DNA of 64,000 bases, from contig MU004195.1 in NCBI GenBank assembly GCA_010093605.1, positions 682,001 to 746,000 of the forward strand. The letters are read 5' to 3'. Every line of letters starts with the position of its first letter. Position 1 is the first letter of the stretch. Under the pieces are notes generated by a model. The model was not told where the DNA came from and searched no databases. It saw nothing but the letters and a program-made list of their open reading frames with translations. A program made the position numbers and the translations under genes. The DNA is from Lophium mytilinum (taxonomy: Eukaryota). Positions 37,892 through 47,474 of the stretch are shown in pieces.

Positions 37892-40800
37892 ATGACCCGC
37901 TCCTCTATACCCCCGGCTCTGCTGGAGCTCCGCAGCCCCTCCACACCCTCCGCGCAGATTGCCGCCTTACGCGATCTGAAGAATGAGATTGTGGGCCATG
38001 ACCAACGGAAAGAGATGGCTGTACGGAGCGGGGTCGTGGGACCTCTAGTCAGAATACTGAGTGAAGGAGCAAGGAGAGTCGGGAAGAGGAGGAACGGCGG
38101 CGGGGTCGAGCTAAATGGGAGTGCGGGCAGAATAAGAGGTGGCGAAGCCAGGATAGGCGGCGTTCAAGAGGACTGGTCGGCTGAGGACGAGATGAGACTG
38201 CAGGCTGTGCTTGTGGTGGGCAGTCTGGCGCTGGGAGGGCCGGCTTTCGTCACGCCTCTCCTGGCTGGCAACATTCTTCCGCCCCTCCTGGACTCTCTGG
38301 CCCCGAGCGATGTCCCGTCGAAGCTGATCGTGGCTACTTTAAGGACTATTATAACAATTGCGGATGCTGTGGCTTTGGATCGGTCGTGGACGGAGACAGC
38401 GGACGGACCGCTACGACCCTCAGCCTCGACGGTGATGGCTGCGCAACTATATACGAAGACGGTGTTGGATAGCTTTGCGGAGATCCTTGTGCAGCCGCAT
38501 CCGTCGATGGTCGTGCATCAGGAGATATCACTGACGCTGCAACTAATCACAAAAACGTGCCAGGACGATCGGCAGCGGAATCTACTACTCGGCGCAGGTA
38601 TTCTGGACGTTCTTGCGACGAAACTAGCAGTCATGGCAGCTAGCGGAGATGGAACGCTAAGAGCTATTGGATGCGAATCAAGGCATCAATCTCGAGAAGC
38701 GCTCCCGGCCATGTATCTCCCGGATATCTTAGAGGCAATCTGCGCGATTGTGAAAGGCTCGAATTACCGCACTGCACGGTTTCTATATTCGCAACCCATC
38801 ATAGAGGTATTCCCGATGTCCTCTAAGTCAACTGGCGCGAGCGAGATACCAAATCTGGATGGACATAGCGATCGATTCCTCCCTCGACTCCAGGCAGTAG
38901 CGAATAAACACGAAAGTCAGTTCTCGAAAGCCTTTCCGGCGCTGGGATCGATGTCAATGCTGGGCATGAACCCACAGGGCGACGGGGGGCAATTCGCGCG
39001 GATCGCTAGCTTCACGGAGGCTCACGCAGCGATGAATAGGACCATCTCAGGGGATGAGTTTGAGAGCCCGATTTTTCCGTGGCTGATCAACATCGCGAGG
39101 ACGCGCCATGGATTCGATCGACTGAGCGCGGCGAGGCTACTCAGCATGCTCAAGAAGTATAGCGAGGCTTATCCGTCTGACGAGTCGCCTAAGAACCGGG
39201 AGAGGGCGCTAGCGTTTTTGGTGGTGCCGCTGCTAGTCAATATGATACAGGAGGCGGCGCATAGCTGCGACACGAAGAATAAGAGTCCGCCGGGAAACGC
39301 GCAGCAAAAGGTGAACGATCGGAAGTTCCTTGAGCAGGCGCAGATTGTGCTTGCGGATCTCATCGAGGGTAGTCCGGCGTTGCAGAAGGCTGCTGTGGAT
39401 GCGAGAGCCATCCCAACTCTCTGTACGATCTTGAAGCGATCGTTCGACCCGGTCGCGGCCTCGTCGAAACCGCTGTGGAGTCCAAGAACGAGTGCCGAGG
39501 ATGTAATTGATCCGGCTGTCGATCCTGGGTCGAGTACGCTGGGCAGGCCCGGGCTGACTCCCGAGCTTCTACATGCTCTGAGGTATAGGGAAGGCGCTCT
39601 GAGGAGCATTGCCGCTCTTACGGATAGAGAAGATGCTTACCGAAAGGTTGTTATTGAGAACGGAGCCGTTGCGTGCATCACGGAGGCGTTGGTGCCATAC
39701 TCCTCGCAAGAGCTAGAAGAGAACAGTGCGAAACAACCAGGACCTAAAGATGGTAATCCGATACCAGTTCTTATTGCGGCGTGCTGGGCCGCCAGATCGA
39801 TGTCGCGGTCTGTTAGCATACTAAGGACGAGTCTGATTGACTATGGCGTTGCGAAGCCAATACACGGGCTTTTGACGCATCCGAATGTGGAGGTGCAGAT
39901 TGCGGCGACGGAGGTGCTGTGCAACCTCGTGTTGCATTTCTCTCCGATGAGAGATGTGAGTTCTTCTTTAGCAGTATTCAACAATCACTTATGTGTCGTT
40001 CCGCAGAGCCTTATCGAAGCGGGATCACTGAAGACCATCTGTGAGCATGCTCATTCGGCGAACTCGAGGATGCGACTGAACAGCCTTTGGGCTCTCAAGC
40101 ATATGGTTTTGACAGCGACCAACGAGATCAAGATTAAGTGCCTTGACGAACTAGGAACGGGTTGGTTGATACGGACTATCCAAGGCGAACAAAGAGACTT
40201 TCCCGGGCCACCGAGCCAGAGCCATGTTTCAACCCCTATTGGTATGGGAACACCCAACGCAGCCGGCGAACAGGTGGATCTACTCAATGCCGTCGATGAG
40301 CCGAGCATGGAAATCGACGAGGAACCATCGTCGTCCGGCGATGAAGACGAGGACAACACCCCCGAAGTTCTCCTCCGCCGACCACCCCATCGCACCTTCA
40401 ACTCCTCCACGATTCGCTCAGAACTCAAAGCCATCAAGCAATCCGAACAAGACCCGCGCCTCCGCGCCGAGCACGACGACCTCCGCATCCAAGAGCAAGC
40501 CCTCGACTTCATCCGCAACCTGATCGCGGAATCCAAAGCCGGCGCCGCGGAAATGATCGACCACCTCCTCAGCACCATCGGCTCAACCCGCTTCTTCGAG
40601 ATGATGGCCAGCAAGCTGCGCCCCACGAGCTCCTCGTCCTCGTCGCCCTCGACCATCTTCCCGCCCTCGCCCGCCCGCACGCGCTCCCCATTGTCAAACC
40701 CTCGAGACCAGGGCCTCACCTTCGGCCAACTCCACTTCAACCAACCTGTGCTCGCCCCTCCCGAGATCCTGCTCTCGGTCGTCTTCATCCTCATCCACAT

Positions 40801-41185
40801 CGCCAACGGCCGCCCGCAGCACCGCGCGCTGCTCGGCCTCGTGCTGCCGCTGTTCCAGCACCCGGACCGCCGCTTGCGCGTCGCGTGCGTGTGGCTAGTC
40901 AATAACCTAACGTGGATGGACGATAGCTCGGATATGCCGGCGGCGCGGGAACGCGCGATGAGCTTGAAGACGCTCGGGGTTGCGGCGAAGGTGAGGGAGT
41001 TAACGCATGATCAGGATTTGGATACGAGGGAGCGGGCGAAGACGGCCGTGGAGCAGATTGATAAGCTGCTGGACGGGGGGAATGTGGGGCAGGGCATGGG
41101 GGGTGGGATGGAGGGGGGGTTTGAGGGGAGGAGGCCGTTGGGGAGTGGGTTGGGGGGGATGAGGGGGTGGAGGGGGGGTGATTGA
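37892..41185 (+). CDS. ARMC8: armadillo-repeat protein, ARMC8/Vid28 (GID complex subunit)
   Basis: LRDLKNEIVGHDQRKE N-terminus, RSMSRSVSILRTSLID, LNSLWALKH, IQEQALDFIRNL, LDTRERAKTA. Probable in-frame intron at 39956-40006. Confidence 0.88.
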   Translation: MTRSSIPPALLELRSPSTPSAQIAALRDLKNEIVGHDQRKEMAVRSGVVGPLVRILSEGARRVGKRRNGGGVELNGSAGRIRGGEARIGGVQEDWSAEDEMRLQAVLVVGSLALGGPAFVTPLLAGNILPPLLDSLAPSDVPSKLIVATLRTIITIADAVALDRSWTETADGPLRPSASTVMAAQLYTKTVLDSFAEILVQPHPSMVVHQEISLTLQLITKTCQDDRQRNLLLGAGILDVLATKLAVMAASGDGTLRAIGCESRHQSREALPAMYLPDILEAICAIVKGSNYRTARFLYSQPIIEVFPMSSKSTGASEIPNLDGHSDRFLPRLQAVANKHESQFSKAFPALGSMSMLGMNPQGDGGQFARIASFTEAHAAMNRTISGDEFESPIFPWLINIARTRHGFDRLSAARLLSMLKKYSEAYPSDESPKNRERALAFLVVPLLVNMIQEAAHSCDTKNKSPPGNAQQKVNDRKFLEQAQIVLADLIEGSPALQKAAVDARAIPTLCTILKRSFDPVAASSKPLWSPRTSAEDVIDPAVDPGSSTLGRPGLTPELLHALRYREGALRSIAALTDREDAYRKVVIENGAVACITEALVPYSSQELEENSAKQPGPKDGNPIPVLIAACWAARSMSRSVSILRTSLIDYGVAKPIHGLLTHPNVEVQIAATEVLCNLVLHFSPMRDVSSSLAVFNNHLCVVPQSLIEAGSLKTICEHAHSANSRMRLNSLWALKHMVLTATNEIKIKCLDELGTGWLIRTIQGEQRDFPGPPSQSHVSTPIGMGTPNAAGEQVDLLNAVDEPSMEIDEEPSSSGDEDEDNTPEVLLRRPPHRTFNSSTIRSELKAIKQSEQDPRLRAEHDDLRIQEQALDFIRNLIAESKAGAAEMIDHLLSTIGSTRFFEMMASKLRPTSSSSSSPSTIFPPSPARTRSPLSNPRDQGLTFGQLHFNQPVLAPPEILLSVVFILIHIANGRPQHRALLGLVLPLFQHPDRRLRVACVWLVNNLTWMDDSSDMPAARERAMSLKTLGVAAKVRELTHDQDLDTRERAKTAVEQIDKLLDGGNVGQGMGGGMEGGFEGRRPLGSGLGGMRGWRGGD

Positions 41186-42094
41186 TTGAGCGGAGAGAGG
41201 GTGGGGTTGATTGCGTACGGGTATGGCGTTCTAGGACGGGTCTTCGAAGGAAAGGCGTTTCTGGGGTTGTTTGGGAGGGATGGGTAGTGTGGGAGGTGGT
41301 TTTCGTTGAGGTGGACGACTAAACTGTAAGCGAATTGCGCGCCGTCGATGGCAGAGGGGGTGAATTGCGCGGATTGCGGTGTAGCTTTATAGCGTTATGA
41401 AAACATGAATATGATTGGCATTCGCTGTTGCTATTCTGTTTCACAATCCAAGTCTTAGCACATGGTCAAAAGTAGAATATATTAAGGTGGCCCTACGAAA
41501 CTTTACGAGAATCTATGGCTATTGCCTAACGTCGAATATTTGATAAGGTGTCGAGAGTATGACGTTTAGGGCCGTATTACCGGAGTCAATGTGAAAGAGT
41601 CCCTGCTGAGTCCATGACAAAGACGAAGCACTCTAGACTCACAATTAGAAGGTCCAACAACAGCGGCAGCAGCGCTGGAGTCTGATGTGCACGCTTGGAA
41701 AGCAAGCAATTTATCTCATCCCGCTAACTATGCTATCCACTATACCTAACCCGGTTGAGGTTATTTTTAGCGGGCATTTTGGGTGACTAAGCGTTAGTGC
41801 TTTTTACACTACCTAGCACCTCTCCCTGTCTCTCAACTCTCAAACTCCCAGTTCCCATCATCTCATCGAATGAGTGCTAATTTCAATCCTCGCATATTCC
41901 ACGACAGTCATAACATTAAGGCCTCAATCAGTGATGTCTAAAAAGTGTACTCTTTTTATCAGTCAGTAGCTCTATGTGTTTGTCCAAGGTTCTTTGGTCT
42001 AGACCGGAAACCGGGCTATAACAGTTCTTTCAAGGTGCCATGCCTATGTATACACAGCAACAAAGAGCCCGTAGCGTCTCGAAGCCCCTGATTT

Positions 42095-43204
42095 CTATTC
42101 GTTCAGCGCGGGAAGCGCGACCTCCGGTACGAGGCCCTCAACCAAGCCGTCTTGCTCGTATCGTTTGATATCATTGACCATATCCACGACCGAGTCCTTC
42201 CAATTTTTCCATCCCTTTCCAAAGGCCGCCTCCGCTCTTGAGATATCTGTCTTGACAAACCCCTCTGGTATTACCACGTTCTCTGCTCCGGCTGGGACTC
42301 GATTCTTCAACTCGGGGTACTTCTCTCGGATGAAGTTAGCGATCGTATTCTCGTTCAACATGTCATCGGCGTGAAAGAGATAGCGGAGGTTTCCAGGTAT
42401 AGATGGCGAGAGAGATTTTAGGTGGAACGCGGCCACATCTTCGACATCCCTAAGACGATTGTTAGCTTCCTTCACTAATGTGGGAGGGTAAGTGGAGGCT
42501 TACATGTAGTAGGGGAATTGCCATCCAGGGGTTTCCACGTCGAAAAGCCCTCTGTAGAACCCTCCAGTACCTCCAAGATGCTGCCGATTGAGCTTCGCAC
42601 CCGGTTGAATGCTCTTTCCGATGATGGATGGCGCCAGGAGATAGACTAGCTCGAAGGATGGCTTCTTCTCCTCCATGTAGGCCCACGCCTCTTGCTCTGA
42701 AATTGTTTTGGAGTATGCATAGGCGTTGAAAACGTTCTCAACCCCTTGTTCTAGAGTCAACGAGTTCCAGTCCTTTTCGGAGATCGTCTTTCCGACGGCA
42801 AGCTCGTCCGGGATCTTGAACGTGGACACAATACTTCCAGTGATGATGAGTCGCTTGACTGTCGGTGAGGCAGCGGCAGCATCAAGTACATTCTCCTCGA
42901 TGATCGAAACAGGCTTGATGATTTCCTCGAGGAAGTTAGAATAGCTCAAGGGGGTGGCGGCATGGATGATTGCGGATGCCTTCTTCGCCGACTCGTGGAA
43001 TGCGTTCGGGACTGTCATGTCCGGAATCTCAGTGAAGGTGAGTCTGCCGGACTCCACTGCCTTCTCGTATTGCTTTGTGAGAGCATCCTTGTTCTTTGCG
43101 AAAGATCGAATGACGGCGTTGACAGTGTGGCCTTCGCCCAGGAGCTGCTCTAGAATCACCGCCCCTAGGTTGCCCGACGCGCCGGTAAGAAGGATATAGG
43201 CCAT
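42095..43204 (-). CDS. NAD(P)-dependent epimerase/aldehyde reductase (Gre2/DFR-like extended SDR), 2 exons
   Basis: LLTGASGNLG Rossmann motif, IIHAATP, catalytic YAYSK. Intron 42450-42503 gives MDVEDVAAFH. Confidence 0.9.
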
Positions 43205-44557
43205 TTTAGATTCGAATTGAAGCTTAAGGAAGACAGTTCTTTCTCAATCAGATTCGACTAAGTTGGAGTATCTAAGAGGGTTGGAGGAGTTGATTGATCT
43301 ACTCCGAACACTGTTGGTGAGTATTTATCCATCTCCGGAGTCGTTAAGAGCTTCTTTCGAACACTGTGTTCAGTCTTCGTAATCAGGCTTTCCATTTGGT
43401 CTGTATAAGGAATGTATTTCCAATATCCAAAGACCCTTGAAGAAAGCTAGGTTGATGACTATTCATCGCCGGTATCTGATTGGTTGGTGTGGACTACCTG
43501 GAACCCCAATCTCGCTTACTTATCCTACCGTGGATCGCAAACGTCCACCGTAGTACACGAACGCCCACCGATCACTAAACAAAGAGCTAGATCACGTTCT
43601 TCAAGGATCATTGTCACACCAATCGCTAGATCTTTCTACCGAGGAGTGGTAAGTAAGCAAAGACCGAAGTGCGAGATCGTGGCTTGCATTTACCGCGCGA
43701 CCTCTTTCCAGTAATTATGACCGTATTGGGCTAGTACCGTACCCATCTCCTGCCTATTTCATGGCCTTCTACGATTCCTAAGCCTATGTTGCAGAGAGAA
43801 GCTGTTCATTTGACGAGGGTGCAACTGTTCGGAGAAAAGAGTTTTTTTTGTCATCACGACAGATCATGTTGATGTGGAGTAAGAACCGCTCAATCAATTG
43901 AATGAGCCTTGACCCAATGGCGCAGGCTGTGGAAACACGTTACAAAGCGTCATGATAGGTGTCCCCATTGTGTGGTTGGTGGTACGCGTTACTCGGACCT
44001 CCTCCGCTTCTTTGGAGGCGCCTTTGTGAACTAACCAGCCCTTTTCTTCAATTGGCTAAGCAGGCGGTAGATGTGGGGTCGCGTAAGCCTGGGTCCAGTA
44101 AAAGCATGCCAAGATATACAACCATGATGTATTCACGAAAAGATCTCCACCAAACGGCTCCATGCAGTTGGCGATAATAATTAAGGTTCTGTTGTCCAAA
44201 CAAGGCTATTTTGAGGGTAAGGATAGACGGCGACACCAGCCCTCATGCGATGGAACATAGATGAGGCATCATCAAAGCGATCGGCCTAACATGAGGACCG
44301 ATGAATCTACGCCAACTCGATACTGTGCTATAGCTTGAAGCTTCGGAGGGAAAGAGCTCACGTCTGATACAAGTATAAGACGTCGCAGCTTCTCAGACTT
44401 CACAACTAACTCCAACAACCTTCGAACTTCACCAAGCCAACTACCGACTACCAATTACCACCCAACACCAACCACCGACTATCAACCAATCCTCACCAAG
44501 AGACTCACCTTCTCCGTAAGTTCGCTTCGAAACCAATCTTCCACAAATTCCTTCGCC

Positions 44558-45588
44558 ATGCTCCCTCCTCCTCTCTTCGCGGCCCCAGTGCCCGAATGGC
44601 GCAACGAGACCTACGCCGCCATCGACCCCAGCAACGCGGAGCTCTCAATGGCAGGTAAGACCATCGTGATCACGGGAGGCGGCACCGGAATCGGTCGCGA
44701 GACTGTCCGAGCCTTCGCCATCGCCGGCGCAACAACAATCCACATCCTAGGCCGAACTCAATCCTCGCTTTCAGAGACCAAGCAAATCGTAGAGAAGGAT
44801 GTCTCGGGCAGCAGCATAATCATCCACGTCGCCGACGTGACAGACCTGGCTAGCGTGGAGAAGGCAGCGGCCGAAGTAGGCGCCTGGGACGTCTTCGTGT
44901 CGAACGCGGGCTACCTCCCCAAAAGCAAGACGCTGGATAAGCTCGATCTTGCGGACTGGTGGCAGGGGTTTGAGGTATGTTCTTTTCCTCCTCAACATCG
45001 CTCCCCCCTTGGTACGTCATGTGGTGATTCAACAATTGATGCAATTTATAGATCAACGTTAAAGGCAACCTCATCGTCGCCAAAGCCTTCCTCCCCTCCC
45101 GAAAACCATCCGCCTCCCTCGTCGCCGTCGCATCCGCAGTCGTCAGCCTTCCCGCTGCGCTGCTTGAAGGTGGCTCTTCCTACGTCGTGTCCAAGCTCGC
45201 TACTATCAAGCTCTTCGAGTTCGTGGCGGCTGAGTACCCGGATGTGCAGGTGTTGACGGTGCATCCCGGCGTGGTTGATACGGCTATGAACAAGAAGTCG
45301 GAGATTGACGGGTTGCCCATGGATGATGGTGAGTCCAGACCCAGATCCCTAACAGTCCTACTACCCCAAGATAAAGTACGGAAATTTAACGGCTTTGTGT
45401 GATGTCTAGTCAAACTCCCGGCGCATTTCATCTTGTGGGCTGCGAGTCCCGAGGCGGCATTTGCGAAGGGCAGGTTCTTGTGGTGCAACTGGGATGTTCA
45501 GCAGCTGAAGGCGCTGAAGAAGGTGCAGGAGGAGCCGCTGTTCTTGACGTCGGGGATCTTGGGGTGGCCGTTTGAGCATACTGGTTAG
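44558..45588 (+). CDS. short-chain dehydrogenase/reductase (3 exons)
   Basis: ITGGGTGIG, SNAG, catalytic YVVSK, VHPGVVDTAM, LPAHFILWAASPEAAFAKGRFLWCNWDV. Confidence 0.92.
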
Positions 45589-45874
45589 GTCTGGTGTGGC
45601 AGAGCGGTGGGTCGGGAAAAGCCTTCATATAGGCAAAGTAGGAAGTTTAGATCTCTAATCACTCTCATTAAGCTGATCTCATGATGTGTACTGTGCTTCT
45701 CAAGTCACACTAAGTCTCGGTGAGTGTATTTGATAAGTACTATGTAAAACTACATAGCTTAAGGGTATGGGGATTTTTGACACCCACGTTGATTACTAGA
45801 ATACTCACTAATACCTAGACAGAAATGTGTATATTGGTTACTCGTTCCAGCTGCGTCTCTCAACTTTAATGCAA

Positions 45875-45959
45875 GTTGATGTGGTTTAGTTGGCTATAAT
45901 AGTTCTGCTGGAGTAATAACTCCGCGGAAAGGACCCGAGTTTAATCCTTAGCGCTAACC
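45875..45959 (+). pseudogene. degenerate tRNA(Val)-like unit, copy A
   Basis: GTTGATG-TGGTTTAGTTGGCTATAAT...CGGAA-AGGAC-CCGAG-TTTAATC-CTTAG-CGCTAAC, with a T7 run at 45977-45983. The scaffold differs from copy C only by C>T and G>A changes. Confidence 0.75.
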
Positions 45960-46061
45960 GCTCACTCTCCCCTATCTTTTTTTACACCTCTTACTAATAT
46001 ATATATAGATCATAGTATATATAAGGTTCTAAATTAGCCGTCTCTTTTAACCTTATTATAA

Positions 46062-46150
46062 GTTAGTATAGTTTTGGTTAGCTATAATACTTTCTACTGC
46101 TTCCTGCCTAGTAAGTGTAAGAGACCTGAGTTTAATCCTCGGCGCCGACC
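46062..46150 (+). pseudogene. degenerate tRNA(Val)-like unit, copy B
   Basis: GTTAGTA-TAGTTTTGGTTAGCTATAAT...GAC-CTGAG-TTTAATC-CTCGG-CGCCGAC, with a T5 run at 46170-46174. Confidence 0.7.
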
Positions 46151-46201
46151 GTTCGCTTTCTATTATCTCTTTTTGCTTATATCCCCGAAACTTCGTTACA
46201 A

Positions 46202-46294
46202 GTCGGTGTGGTTTAGTTGGCTATAATGGTTCCGCGGCGGCTGCAAGTCCAGCCATACCCGGAAAGGACCCGAGTTCGATCCTCGGCGCCGACC
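46202..46294 (+). ncRNA. tRNA(Val)-like Pol III RNA with a non-canonical 25-nt anticodon-loop insert, copy C (scaffold intact)
   Basis: Acceptor GTCGGTG/CGCCGAC; A-box-like TGGTTTAGTTGG; stem TTCCG/CGGAA; T arm CCGAG-TTCGATC-CTCGG (B box); T5 terminator at 46312-46316. No canonical anticodon loop. Confidence 0.75.
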
Positions 46295-47217
46295 CTTCGC
46301 TCTCTATTATGTTTTTGCTTGTGGTGCTGTAGAGGAGATGTGTGTGGAAGAGATGGGTAGACAGCAAGGTAAGGAATACGAGTCACGGATGCCTGGGCAG
46401 CCATCTTTCAGAATAGTAGAGCCAAGTAGTTCTATCTTACGCCGTTCAAGAGAGACATCACCTAATCGATCAGGCTATAAGAAGCCTAACGACATGCAGC
46501 AATATGGAATGCCAAGTCGAGTACACCAAGAATGATTCGTTTAACAAGGATGTATGATGGGAAGTCTATATTGTCTACCTTTCCTGCGACGTTCTCCGCC
46601 ATAAGTCTAGAAATTTCGGTTTCGTAATAGGCATACTCATTCAAGAGCCCAGGTATCCTACTGTGATCCGAAATAAGCACTGGTAGATTAACACGAGGCC
46701 CCCGCAAACACATCACGAAGTCAGAGTACGAAACGCAACACCATTGCGCTACACTACGCTTTCGCACCTTATATGTGGTGGTTTTTGTTTCTATGGGGCC
46801 TGATACCCGCCCTCTTGTGGAAAGAATCAAATAGACGACAACGCCACTCCATTAATCTACCGTCTACTGCTCGCACACACGAGGTCCACTTGCCTGCCAT
46901 GAAAGCCTTACTACGAGCGTGACTGGCCTCCATCTGCGAACTTCTCTCATCTCCTTCTCCAAGGCCGCGATCTCAGTCAGATACTCTATCCTCGGTTGTT
47001 GGAGCTGATGAAAGGTCTCCTCCTGCCTCCGAAGTTCCTCTGCGGTGGGTGGATCATAGACCCGCGGAAGCCGAATAGCAGCCTTGTGATCGTTGCAGAT
47101 CTGAAGGTCCCTTTGGCATTTCTCAAGTCGTTGCCTTCGGTTGTCGGCCAAGCCGACGGAGGAGGGGCTGGACCAGGCAAGGCCTCATCTTCGGTAAACT
47201 CTGCATCCTCTCGCTGT

Positions 47218-47474
47218 CACAGTAGGTGTCGGGAGAGCTGTCACCTCCGAATCCTCCGCGGGCTAACCACCAATCAGACTCGTCAAAATCGGTTCGCAAC
47301 GAGACATCTAGTCCCAACAAGACGGCAATAAGAAGGAATTGCTGAAACTTGAGTGCTCATAGCTGTCTAAACCGGCGTGGTCAGGTACTAGCTATCTTTA
47401 AGCCAAATACTTCGAACGTGGTGGACTTTTCCTTCGTAATTTGTAGGGTGACAGCTCTCCTGACACCTACTGTG
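47218..47474. mobile_element. 257-bp non-autonomous TIR element (MITE)
   Basis: 28-bp TIRs CACAGTAGGTGTC(G/A)GGAGAGCTGTCACC at 47218-47245 and 47447-47474 (27/28 match), flanked by the direct repeat CTGT at 47214-47217 and 47475-47478. Confidence 0.85.

Noticed and set aside
46202..46294. Calling copy C a canonical tRNA-Val or an intron-containing tRNA-Arg(GCG)
   Set aside because: No NAC anticodon in register, G instead of U33, extra base before the anticodon stem, and C discriminator. Reported as tRNA-like instead.
45860..46320. CRISPR array
   Set aside because: Eukaryotic context, tRNA-shaped repeats, only three units and no cas genes. The repeat-spacer resemblance is architectural only.
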